A stretch of 48,473 nucleotides of DNA. Source: Prolixibacteraceae bacterium (GTDB lineage Bacteria > Bacteroidota > Bacteroidia > Bacteroidales > Prolixibacteraceae). A program made the position numbers and the translations under genes. The stretch is taken from assembly GCA_023251475.1 (NCBI GenBank), contig JAHEYS010000058.1, positions 1 to 48,473 on the forward strand, given 5' to 3'. The notes beneath the pieces are model-generated. The model was not told the DNA's origin, did no database searches, and saw only the letters and a program-made list of their open reading frames with translations. Positions 1 to 8,782 of the stretch are shown here, piece by piece (position 1 is the first letter of the stretch; each line of letters begins with the position of its first letter).

Positions 1-2
1 AT

Positions 3-161
3 GACCTGGATGGTCTGAAAGAGCGGTTTTCATGCCTGGCCTACCATCCTGGCAGTGATCAACCGGTTGAGGTGGCGTATAAAAAAGAGGGAAAAATGAT
101 CACCTTGAATGTTCCCGTGGTAAGAGGCTGCGCCATGCTATATTTAAGTAATAAAGAATAA
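3..161 (+). CDS. 3' end of an upstream gene that runs off the window (product unknown)
   Basis: Frame 3 is open from the window edge (...LNVPVVRGCAMLYLSNKE*). It stops at TAA 159-161, 16 nt before the next start codon. It is too short for the ORF track and no family call is possible. Confidence 0.3.
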   Translation, partial: DLDGLKERFSCLAYHPGSDQPVEVAYKKEGKMITLNVPVVRGCAMLYLSNKE

Positions 162-177
162 CTATAAATCAAAGTAT

Positions 178-1512
178 ATGAAAATCGCACAAATAATTTT
201 AGCGTTCGGATTGTTGCTGTCAGGAGTGAATCAATGTTTTGCACAATCAAAAATTGATCCCAAAGAGATTAAAGATAAGATGCAGTGGTTTGCAGATGCC
301 AAACTGGGTATATTTATTCATGCTGGGATCTATGCGGTCGACGGGATTGATGAATCATGGAGTTTTCATAACAGAAAAATCAGCCATTCTGATTATATGA
401 AACAGTTGAAAGGGTTCACCCTTAAGAATTATGATCCCGCTTCCTGGGCCGACCTGATTCTGGAGTGTGGCGCCAGGTATGCCGTAATCACCACCAAACA
501 TCACGATGGGGTTGCCATGTATGATACGAAAATGAATAACCTGAGTATTGTAAAAGCCACTCCGGCAAAACGGGATATGGTCAGACCATTTTTCGAAGAA
601 TTGCGCAAACGAAATATAAAGTGCGGCGCCTATTATTCGCTGATTGACTGGTCTGATCCGAACTATCCGGGCTTTCTGAAGGACAGCTCCCGTTATAAGG
701 TTGCCGACGACTATGACCGATGGAACCGTTTCAGGGTTTTCTTCCAGGGACAGATCAGAGAGATCAGCACTCAGTTCAATCCCGACTTATGGTGGTTTGA
801 CGGAGACTGGGAACACAGCGCCGAAGAGTGGGAATCTCAGAAGGTGCGCCATATTATCTTAACCGGAAATCCTAATTCAATTATCAATGGACGTCTGCAG
901 GGATATGGCGATTACGAAACGCCGGAGCAGAACTTCCCGGTTTCCAGGCCAAAATTCAACTGGTGGGAATTGTGCATGACCACCAACGATAACTGGGGTT
1001 TTCACCACGATGACAACTGGAAAACACCATATGAGGTGATCACAATCTTTGTTGATGCCGTTTCCAATGGCGGCAACCTGCTGCTGGATATGGGTCCGAA
1101 AGAGGATGGAACTATTCCTGAAGAACAGATACATGTCTTAAAGGAATTGGGTGCATGGAATAAAAAACATGGAGAGGCTATTTTTAATACCGTGGGTGGT
1201 CTTCCGCAAGGCCATTTTTATGGACCGACCACTTTATCAAAAGACTCAACTTCGCTCTATCTGTTCCTGCATGGACATGTCAGCGGTACATTAATGATTA
1301 AAGGACTGGTCAATAAAATTGCAGCTATTTCGGTTGTAGGCAACGGCGCCCAGTTATCCCATAAAGTTGTGGGTAAAATATCCTGGAGCCCCGTCCCCGG
1401 ATTGGTTTATATTGATGTTCCGGAAAATGTTTCAGACAAATACATCACCGTTCTGAAGGTGAAACTGGAAAAACCATTGAAATTGTACAGAGGACAGGGG
1501 GGATTGAATTAA
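178..1512 (+). CDS. secreted alpha-L-fucosidase, glycoside hydrolase family 29
   Basis: 444-aa ORF with a signal peptide (MKIAQIILAFGLLLSGVNQCFAQ). GH29 hallmarks are present: LGIFIHAGIYAV, ITTKHHDGVAMYDT, YYSLIDW and LWWFDGDWEH (nucleophile-Asp region). Confidence 0.9.
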   Translation: MKIAQIILAFGLLLSGVNQCFAQSKIDPKEIKDKMQWFADAKLGIFIHAGIYAVDGIDESWSFHNRKISHSDYMKQLKGFTLKNYDPASWADLILECGARYAVITTKHHDGVAMYDTKMNNLSIVKATPAKRDMVRPFFEELRKRNIKCGAYYSLIDWSDPNYPGFLKDSSRYKVADDYDRWNRFRVFFQGQIREISTQFNPDLWWFDGDWEHSAEEWESQKVRHIILTGNPNSIINGRLQGYGDYETPEQNFPVSRPKFNWWELCMTTNDNWGFHHDDNWKTPYEVITIFVDAVSNGGNLLLDMGPKEDGTIPEEQIHVLKELGAWNKKHGEAIFNTVGGLPQGHFYGPTTLSKDSTSLYLFLHGHVSGTLMIKGLVNKIAAISVVGNGAQLSHKVVGKISWSPVPGLVYIDVPENVSDKYITVLKVKLEKPLKLYRGQGGLN

Positions 1513-1682
1513 TCAGTACATTAAAATATTTAGATAGATTAGTCGTGAAAATTCCTGAAAATGAGGCAGTAATTATCTTCCGATAACACCAGACAGGATT
1601 CGCCGGGAAGCTAAGAGGTGAAATACGACATTATATCTTTACTGTTACTTAGGACGATTATTAATGTTTTTAATTTATAACT

Positions 1683-4600
1683 ATGAAAATCACCACCCTG
1701 ATTGCGCTTGTTGCCTGTACCATCCTGATCACCGGTTTTGTGAGAAAACGAGAGGCCATAAATACCGAAAAGATTGACGATAAAATTAGAGCAGAGCAGA
1801 TTAGGGAGATGAAATTCGGCATGTTTATCTGCTGGTCGTTTAGTACCTTTTCGGGACAGGAGTGGACGCCGACCGAAGGGAAGGATGCCACTTATTTTAA
1901 AGCCACCGGTTGCAATACCGACCAATGGTGTAAAGTAGCGAAAGATGCCGGAATGGGATATATCTTATTTCTTACCAAGCATCACGATGGTTTTTGTTTG
2001 TGGGATACCAAAACTACAGATAAAAAGGTGACAAACAGTCCGCTGAAAATTGATGTGCTGGCGAAACTCCGGAAATCGTGTGATAAATATGGGATAAAAC
2101 TGGCTCTCTATTTTTCGGAAGGGGACTGGACTTTTCCAGGCGCTGTTTTCTCCAAAGATGGGGGAAAGAATCCCGAAATTAAGAAAGCACAGCTTAAAGA
2201 ACTTTTAACCAATTACGGTCCGATTGAATACATCTGGTTCGACCATGCCCAGGGGGAGGGGGGATTAAGTCATGAGGAGACCGATAAATGGGTGGCACAA
2301 TTCCAGCCAAACTGTCTTCCTGGTTACAATCATGGAACACCGGCAGGTCGTATCCGGCTTGGCGAAATGGGTGGCCCGTCGGCATTGGATGATATTTCCG
2401 GAGCAGGTTATAACAAGCATGCTGCCGGTTATAAAGGTTATATTGCTGCTGAATTTACCTACCCTATTCTTCCGAAACATAAAGGGGGTGCGATGTGGTT
2501 TTATTCGTTACCTCAACACGATCAGTTATGTTTGCCGGTCGATAAAATCTATCAGGATTATGTGGGAGCAGTAAAATTTGGCAATATTTTTTCCATTGAT
2601 GTTGGGCCTGACTATGCGGGGAATCTGCGTAAGATCGATGTTCAGACGTTGCATAAGGTAGGTGCAATGATCCGAAATCCAAAACCTGTAAGTGTTAGTT
2701 CATCAGTAGATTGGCCTGCGTTTCTGTCGCGTCACGACCTGGTATGGGATACGTTACCCGCGAAGTTTGATCATGGCGCCTTTCTCGGTAACGGACTACT
2801 GGGTACAATGATTTATTCCGATGGACCAGACCGGATCCGTTTTGAACTGGGTCGTTCGGATGTTACAGATCACCGCCGTGACAATGCGCGTCTCCCTATT
2901 GGTGGGATGATCTTAAAAACTGCGGGAGCCATAAAGTCAGGTAAAATTCGGCAGGACTTGTGGAATGCTGAAATTCGGGGAGAGGTGGTCACCGACAAAG
3001 GACTCATCCGGTTTCGTGCCATGGATCATACCAGCGAGATGGCCTTGTTGGTTGAACTGGAGACCGAAGGCGATGAACAGCATGCGGCATTTACATGGGA
3101 ACCGGAAAAATCGGAGGTTTTCCGTGAAAAGTCGTTAAAGCTAAATATCGCGCCAAATCCCCCTCCGGAAGTTGGTGAAGATAATGGGATCAGTTTTTGT
3201 GTTCAACGCCGCGCTGCAGGTGGAGCCTATGCTACCGCCTGGCAGTTGAAGGGTAAGCCCCAAAAGCGCAGTCTCACCCTTTCAATTGCTGACTCCTATC
3301 CCGATCTTTCAGCAAAGGCAACGGCCATTGTGACCGTAAACCGGGTAGCAACTCTACCAATGAAAACACTGGAAACAAGTCATCGCAACTGGTGGCATGC
3401 TTACTATCCTGGGAGTTTTCTGTCTGTTCCCGACAAACAGATTGAGGGTTTTTACTGGGTGCAGATGTACAAACTGGCATGCGCGACGCGTCAGGACCGT
3501 CAGGTAATCGATCTGCTGGGACCCTGGTACCGTTCGACGGGATGGCCCCGTATCTGGTGGAACCTGAATCTTGAGATCGCCTACTCGCCGGTATATACCG
3601 CAAATCATCTTGAGTTAGGGGAGTCCTTCACCCGGTTTGTCGATGCCAAACGCGATAATTTTGTGGTTAATGCGAAGAGTATCTGGGGTTTTGACAGCTG
3701 TGCCACCGTTCCTCATACCACCGACTACGAGGGGCTTCGGGGTGATGGCACCTGTGCACCCCAGAACTACATCAATCCAGGCGATTTCACCTGGGCCTTG
3801 TTCAATTACTGGCAGCAATACCGTTATTCCATGGATGATGAGCTGGTAAAGAACCAGTCGAAGCACGCATTCTACCCGTTGCTGAAAGGCAGTATTAACC
3901 TTTACCTGCACCTGCTTAAGTACGGTGCCGATGGTAAACTCCACCTTCCGGTACTTCACTCACCCGAGTACAATAAAGATGGGGATGTTGATAACAACTA
4001 CAACCTTTCGCTACTCCGGTGGGGGTGTACAACATTGATGGATCTCAGTAAGCAATATGGTTTTAAAGATCCGCAGAATTCCGAATGGGCGCGTATATTG
4101 CGTGATCTTGTTCCCTATCCGCAAAATGAGAACGGCTTTATGATTGGTCCCAACGTCCCTTTCGCCAAATCGCATCGTCACTGGTCGCACCTGCTGATGG
4201 TATGGCCGTTGCACATGCTCTCAGTTGAACAGTCTGAAAATAAAGCGCTTGTAGAAAAAACAATGAACCATTGGCTTACTGTGGATGGCGGACAACAAAT
4301 TTATGGATGGTCGAGTGCTGCAGCCTCGCTCCTCTATTCTTCGATGGGTAATGGAGAGAAGGCCCTCGAACGCCTTCTGGCACACCATAATGACAAACGG
4401 TTCGTTATGCCAAACACAATGTATATCGAAGGTTCACCTGTGATCGAGTGCTCACTTTTTGCTGCAAAAGCACTACAGGATATGTTGCTTCAAAGCTGGG
4501 GCGACCGTATACGGATTTTTCCGGCAATCCCCTCAGCATGGAAAGAGGTGAGATTTAATGATATGCGGACTGAGGGGGCATTTTTAGTCAGCGCCGCAAG

Positions 4601-4808
4601 GCATAACGGTTTTACCCGCTGGATTAAAATCAAAAGCCTGGCCGGTGCTCCTTGTAAAGTTCGCCCGGGATTTGCCGGCACTTTCGAATCTTCACTCCCT
4701 TCAGCCAACCTTCGTGAGGTTGAGCCTGGAATCTTTGAACTCGATTTAAAAAAAGGGGAAGAGGTAATCCTTTTTCAGGAGGCAAAAGACCTTTTACCGG
4801 AAAAATAA
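1683..4808 (+). CDS. lipoprotein fusing an N-terminal GH29 alpha-L-fucosidase domain to a C-terminal GH95-like domain
   Basis: Continuous 1041-aa ORF with a lipobox-like N-terminus (LIALVAC).
- aa ~35-330 carry GH29 motifs: KFGMFICWSF, LTKHHDGFCLWDT, YFSEGDW, YIWFDH.
- aa ~340-1041 carry GH95-type motifs: AFLGNGLLGTMIY, WWNLNLEIAYSP, LHSPEY, GWSSAAASLLYSSMGNGEKA, LQDMLLQSWGDRIRIFPAIPSAWKEVRFNDMRTEGAFLVS. Confidence 0.8.
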   Translation: MKITTLIALVACTILITGFVRKREAINTEKIDDKIRAEQIREMKFGMFICWSFSTFSGQEWTPTEGKDATYFKATGCNTDQWCKVAKDAGMGYILFLTKHHDGFCLWDTKTTDKKVTNSPLKIDVLAKLRKSCDKYGIKLALYFSEGDWTFPGAVFSKDGGKNPEIKKAQLKELLTNYGPIEYIWFDHAQGEGGLSHEETDKWVAQFQPNCLPGYNHGTPAGRIRLGEMGGPSALDDISGAGYNKHAAGYKGYIAAEFTYPILPKHKGGAMWFYSLPQHDQLCLPVDKIYQDYVGAVKFGNIFSIDVGPDYAGNLRKIDVQTLHKVGAMIRNPKPVSVSSSVDWPAFLSRHDLVWDTLPAKFDHGAFLGNGLLGTMIYSDGPDRIRFELGRSDVTDHRRDNARLPIGGMILKTAGAIKSGKIRQDLWNAEIRGEVVTDKGLIRFRAMDHTSEMALLVELETEGDEQHAAFTWEPEKSEVFREKSLKLNIAPNPPPEVGEDNGISFCVQRRAAGGAYATAWQLKGKPQKRSLTLSIADSYPDLSAKATAIVTVNRVATLPMKTLETSHRNWWHAYYPGSFLSVPDKQIEGFYWVQMYKLACATRQDRQVIDLLGPWYRSTGWPRIWWNLNLEIAYSPVYTANHLELGESFTRFVDAKRDNFVVNAKSIWGFDSCATVPHTTDYEGLRGDGTCAPQNYINPGDFTWALFNYWQQYRYSMDDELVKNQSKHAFYPLLKGSINLYLHLLKYGADGKLHLPVLHSPEYNKDGDVDNNYNLSLLRWGCTTLMDLSKQYGFKDPQNSEWARILRDLVPYPQNENGFMIGPNVPFAKSHRHWSHLLMVWPLHMLSVEQSENKALVEKTMNHWLTVDGGQQIYGWSSAAASLLYSSMGNGEKALERLLAHHNDKRFVMPNTMYIEGSPVIECSLFAAKALQDMLLQSWGDRIRIFPAIPSAWKEVRFNDMRTEGAFLVSAARHNGFTRWIKIKSLAGAPCKVRPGFAGTFESSLPSANLREVEPGIFELDLKKGEEVILFQEAKDLLPEK

Positions 4809-4830
4809 TTTTAATTCAAAATTTAAAGCC

Positions 4831-6120
4831 ATGCTGCACGACCCAAGTCATATCCCCCAAATTCCGATGGAAGAGGAGATTGCCCTGACATCACATGAAA
4901 AAACAGTGTTACGCCAACTGGGGGGCAAAATAGCTGAAATAGCCACATTATCCATTCAAAGGGAGAAAGCCCGGCTGTGGCAGAAAATGAATGATCTGAA
5001 ACAGGAAAGACCCATGGTTTGGATCAATGAAATTCCGTGGCATGAGATGAATGTCAACGATGAACTGACGTTACAAACCACCCATCCCTGGGCAAGAGAA
5101 TTGGAGACAACTCTTCGCCGGACCATCTACCAGTGGGAACATATGCCCTGTGATATGATTGTAAACGACTATCTTGACTGCCCGATCGTCTATCATACTA
5201 CCGATTTCGGGATCGTTGAAGATGTAGATACCATCCATGTGGATGAAAAAAACGAAATCTATTCCCGCCATTTTAAGATACAGATCAAAGAACCGGAAGA
5301 TATTGAGAAAATCAAGAATCCTAAGATCACCTATATGGAGAAAGCCACACAGTATAGTTTTGAAGCAATGCAGGACCTCTTCACCGGAATTATCCCTGTA
5401 AAAAGAGTGGGGCAAACACATATCTGGTATACACCGTGGGATTTTTTAATCAGGTGGTGGGGTATTGAGGAGGCAATGATGGATCTGTGCCTGAGACCTG
5501 AAATGGTTCACGCAGCCTATGAGAAAATGGTGGATGCCTGGATGAATGAACTTGACCACTTTGAAGCACTGAATCTTTTAAGTTTGGATTGTAATAATAC
5601 AAGGATTGGCTCAGGAGGATATGGCTATACCAGTGAACTCCCGGGTGGCGATTTTAATCCCGGTTATGTCAGGCCAATCAATATGTGGGGCTGTTCCAAT
5701 GCCCAGATTTTGTCATCCGTCTCATCGGAAATGCATTGGGAGTTTGCCATTGAACACGACCTTCGGTGGCTGAAACGTTTTGGCTTAACCTACTACGGTT
5801 GCTGCGAACCATTAGATGCCAAAGGGGATATTCTTTCGCGCATTCCTAATCTTCGCAAGGTATCGGTCAGTGGCTGGGTTGATGTTGACAGGGCAGTAAA
5901 GAGCCTGGGTGATAAGTATGTGCTTAGCCGAAAGCCTTCCCCCGCAATATTTGTGGCGTGGGATTCTGAAGAGGCAAAAAGACAATTATTAACTTTTAAC
6001 CAGGCCGCCAAAGGGTGCAATGTTGAATTTATCATGAAAGATATTTCGACGCTGAATTACCAGCCACAACGACTCTGGGAATGGGCTGATATGGCGATGA
6101 AAGTGGTTGAAGCAGGGTAA
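4831..6120 (+). CDS. conserved cytoplasmic protein of unknown function, possibly a URO-D/MtaA-like TIM barrel
   Basis: 429-aa ORF starting 22 nt after the fusion gene, with no signal peptide. The C-terminal half (YYGCCEPLDAKGDILSRIPNLRKVSVSGWVDVDRAVKSLGDKYVLSRKPSPAIF) resembles the late strands of the uroporphyrinogen-decarboxylase / methylcobamide-methyltransferase fold. Coding status is solid. The family call is tentative. Confidence 0.55.
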   Translation: MLHDPSHIPQIPMEEEIALTSHEKTVLRQLGGKIAEIATLSIQREKARLWQKMNDLKQERPMVWINEIPWHEMNVNDELTLQTTHPWARELETTLRRTIYQWEHMPCDMIVNDYLDCPIVYHTTDFGIVEDVDTIHVDEKNEIYSRHFKIQIKEPEDIEKIKNPKITYMEKATQYSFEAMQDLFTGIIPVKRVGQTHIWYTPWDFLIRWWGIEEAMMDLCLRPEMVHAAYEKMVDAWMNELDHFEALNLLSLDCNNTRIGSGGYGYTSELPGGDFNPGYVRPINMWGCSNAQILSSVSSEMHWEFAIEHDLRWLKRFGLTYYGCCEPLDAKGDILSRIPNLRKVSVSGWVDVDRAVKSLGDKYVLSRKPSPAIFVAWDSEEAKRQLLTFNQAAKGCNVEFIMKDISTLNYQPQRLWEWADMAMKVVEAG

Positions 6121-6296
6121 CTGGCATGAAACTTTATGGCTACTGGCTGCTTGCAACTAGCGGTTGGCTTTTGGCGGCTGATAGGTCTTGTGCTTAAAAA
6201 TCACCTTTTAAGTATCAGATAAAGGACAATTAGATATTATACAAAGAGTATTAATGCAAGTGGCCAGTGACTAACCGCCAGCTACAATTAAACCCC

Positions 6297-7580
6297 ATGA
6301 ATTTTATGACAAATCCTCAAAAATCCGGTTTTCTCACGGCAGGGACAGTTCTCCCGTTTATCCTGGTGACAACCCTTTTTTTTATGTGGGGTATCCCCAA
6401 CAACCTGAATGGAATTTTGATTAAGCAATTTATAAAGTCAATGGAAATTTCCCGTTTCCAGGCTGGATTGATTCAATCGGCCTTTTATATGGGTTATTTT
6501 GTACTGGCTGTACCGGCTGCCTTATTGATGCGCAGGTTCAGCTACAAAACAGGAATTGTCTTCGGTCTGTTGTTATATGCTGCCGGTTGTTTGCTGTTTT
6601 GGCCGGCTGCAATGATCGGTAAATTCGGGGTTTTCCTGATGGCACTGTTTGTGATCGCCTCAGGGCTTGCATTTCTTGAAACCGGGGCCAATCCTTTTAT
6701 TGCATTGCTGGGTAACCCGGAATCATCGGAACAGCGGCTGAACTTTTCGCAGGCATTCAATCCGATAGGCTCTGTTGCCGGAGTCTTACTCGGAACTGTA
6801 TTTATCTTTTCAGGAGTTGAACCCGATGAATCAAAGATTGCTGCCATGAAAGCTGCAGGGGAGTATAGTGGTTTTCTTCAGCACGAAACATTGCGTGTGG
6901 TAAAACCCTATCTTGGGTTGGCACTCTTCGCTTTATTGTGGGCATTCCTGATTATCAGTGTGAAGTTTCCTGAATTTGAATCAGAGCGGGGTGAATTACC
7001 CGATTCAAAGGGGAGGTTCAGGGATCTTTTAAAGTTTCCCCATTTCTGGAAAGGGGTGTTGGCGCAATTTTTCTATGTTGGTGCACAGGTAGGAACCTGG
7101 AGCTATTTCATCCCTTATGTTCAGGATTATACAAGTCAGCCGGAGAAAACAGCCGGTTACTTTTTAACAGGAACTTTGGTGGCCTTTGGTCTGGGCCGTT
7201 TTTCTGCCACCTGGCTGATGCATTACATCCAACCCGGCCGATTGATGGGTTGGTACAGTATTACCAATGTTATCCTGGTTGGATTCAGCATACTGATTCC
7301 GGGATGGTTCGGGATGTGGGCCATCTTTTTCACCAGCTTTTTTATGTCACTGATGTATCCCACGATTTTTGCGACCAGCATTAAAGGGTTGGGTGAAAAC
7401 ACAAAATTCGGAGGATCCATTCTGGTAATGGCCATAATCGGTGGGTCGCTTTGTACACCGTTGATGGGATATATTGCTGAGGTAACCAATAGTATGGCTG
7501 TAGCTATGTTGGTTCCATTGGTGGCATATGGTTATATTTCATATTATTCATTCAGTAGAGACGTAAATGAGGGTGTCTAA
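6297..7580 (+). CDS. fucP: L-fucose:H+ symporter permease (MFS)
   Basis: Strong resemblance to E. coli FucP in the N-terminal region (FFMWGIPNNLNGILIKQFIKSMEISRFQAGLIQSAFYMGYF), with about 12 hydrophobic segments. The ORF track starts at GTG 6267. I prefer ATG 6297 (MNFMTNPQ), because 6267-6290 overlaps an intergenic inverted repeat. Confidence 0.9.
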   Translation: MNFMTNPQKSGFLTAGTVLPFILVTTLFFMWGIPNNLNGILIKQFIKSMEISRFQAGLIQSAFYMGYFVLAVPAALLMRRFSYKTGIVFGLLLYAAGCLLFWPAAMIGKFGVFLMALFVIASGLAFLETGANPFIALLGNPESSEQRLNFSQAFNPIGSVAGVLLGTVFIFSGVEPDESKIAAMKAAGEYSGFLQHETLRVVKPYLGLALFALLWAFLIISVKFPEFESERGELPDSKGRFRDLLKFPHFWKGVLAQFFYVGAQVGTWSYFIPYVQDYTSQPEKTAGYFLTGTLVAFGLGRFSATWLMHYIQPGRLMGWYSITNVILVGFSILIPGWFGMWAIFFTSFFMSLMYPTIFATSIKGLGENTKFGGSILVMAIIGGSLCTPLMGYIAEVTNSMAVAMLVPLVAYGYISYYSFSRDVNEGV

Positions 7581-7605
7581 AAGTTTCAAAAATTGCTCTT
7601 TTCCT

Positions 7606-7700
7606 CCCTGTGAAACTCTGAGCGTGCTCTGTAAAACTCTACTGAAATAGTTAATTAGACTGAGAACCACAGAGAAGACACAGAGGCACACAGAGTTTTT
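7606..7700. repeat. imperfect inverted repeat built from CTCTGTG / CACAGAG units between convergent genes; likely bidirectional terminator or REP-like element
   Basis: The left arm is cctgtgaaactctgagcgtgctctgtaaaactct. The right arm is ccacagagaagacacagaggcacacagagttttt, with three CACAGAG units at a period of about 10 nt. aaactctg (7613-7620) pairs with cagagttt (7691-7698), and gtgctctgt pairs with acagag(g)cac. The element lies between the fucP stop and the stop of the ABC permease. Confidence 0.5.
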
Positions 7701-7723
7701 GGACACCCACATGTGTCAATTTA

Positions 7724-8782
7724 TCACCTCGAACGGATCTCTCTTCTCATAAAAGAGAGGTAGGACAATGCAAAACACAGTACTGTCGCAGCGATCAGGC
7801 CGGTGACCTGCGGCCAGACGAGCAATAAACTCTGCCCGAGAGGAAGCGGACCCGGTATGGTGCCGTAAACCTGTTCCATTGTTAGGGGTCCAAGGCTGCG
7901 TACAGATGGCATCAGCAGAGTGGTAGTAGCCTCACTGAAAAGCTGATTGGGCATTATCCGTAACAAACTCAGTTTTAATTCCTCAAAACCGATAATCTGG
8001 TATTCACTGGCCATGGCTGAAGGAGCTATCGATTTGGTAATCAGATTCACAATCATGCCATAGAATACAGAGAAGAATAACCATACCGCGATCCCTGACA
8101 GCGCTGAAGTAGCTGGTTGCCGGAACTGCACCGAAAACAAAATGGAGAGATTTAGCCAGAATGCCACGTAGAGTATACTTAGGATTATAAAGAAAATAAT
8201 CCGCATAAATTCTTCCACTGTCGGAGGTATACCAATGGTGACAAGCCCGAGTCCCATCACCAGGAACCCAAGTGCAAAGAACATTACACTAATGACTATT
8301 AAAGCAGCTAAAAACTTGGCGTTCAGTAAATAGTCACGATAAATCGGCTGGGAGAGGACACGGCTTAGCGTTCTGTTATTTTGCTCAGAATTAACCGCGT
8401 CAAATCCAAGACTGATTCCCAGTAATGGTCCCAAAAAACTGATAAAGACAATGAAAGAGGGGAGTGTGCCATCGGAAATTGTGAACAGTTTCAGAAAGAA
8501 GAAGGTCCCCTCCGGATCGTTGGGTTTGACCGCCTTATCAATATTGGTTAAGGCCGTATACATCGAACCCAGGCAAGTCAATGCGATGATCGCAATCAGG
8601 ATGATGAAACGCCAGCTCCGTACATGATCTGAGATTTCCTTGTTTAAGATTACCCTGAACGGGTGGAGAATCCTTTCCTCATTTTTGAACCGGCCCATTA
8701 TATTTTTGGGTATTAAAAATCGGAATACTTTGGTCATCCAGGATTCATTATATGGTTGTACCTGTTGTTCTGAATTACTCAT
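7724..8782 (-). CDS. ABC-2 type transporter permease (NosY-like)
   Basis: Polytopic membrane protein with a cytosolic N-terminal segment, then six or more hydrophobic helices. Preferred start is ATG 8782 (MSNSEQQ). It overlaps the ATPase stop as ATGAGTAA, which suggests translational coupling. Confidence 0.8.
   Translation of the reverse strand: MSNSEQQVQPYNESWMTKVFRFLIPKNIMGRFKNEERILHPFRVILNKEISDHVRSWRFIILIAIIALTCLGSMYTALTNIDKAVKPNDPEGTFFFLKLFTISDGTLPSFIVFISFLGPLLGISLGFDAVNSEQNNRTLSRVLSQPIYRDYLLNAKFLAALIVISVMFFALGFLVMGLGLVTIGIPPTVEEFMRIIFFIILSILYVAFWLNLSILFSVQFRQPATSALSGIAVWLFFSVFYGMIVNLITKSIAPSAMASEYQIIGFEELKLSLLRIMPNQLFSEATTTLLMPSVRSLGPLTMEQVYGTIPGPLPLGQSLLLVWPQVTGLIAATVLCFALSYLSFMRREIRSR

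Noticed and set aside
6126-6197. 23-codon ORF (MKLYGYWLLATSGWLLAADRSCA) in the spacer before fucP
   Set aside because: Its sequence is produced by reading through the GC-rich GGC/TGG repeat element. That element is more likely a structural DNA/RNA repeat than a coding sequence.
6267-6296. N-terminal extensions from non-ATG starts in the ORF track: 6267 GTG, 14417 TTG, 31665 TTG and 39050, plus upstream ATGs at 8824 and 10984
   Set aside because: In each case a downstream ATG gives a protein that starts with a proper signal peptide or at the start of the conserved domain. The extension either overlaps the upstream gene or an intergenic repeat, or encodes implausible sequence (for example MFFFEIFYFCLPNF).
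7606-7700. CACAGAG repeats considered as a mini CRISPR array
   Set aside because: The repeat units are only 7 nt at a spacing of about 10 nt, with no 25-40-nt repeat/spacer organisation. No cas genes are present in the window.
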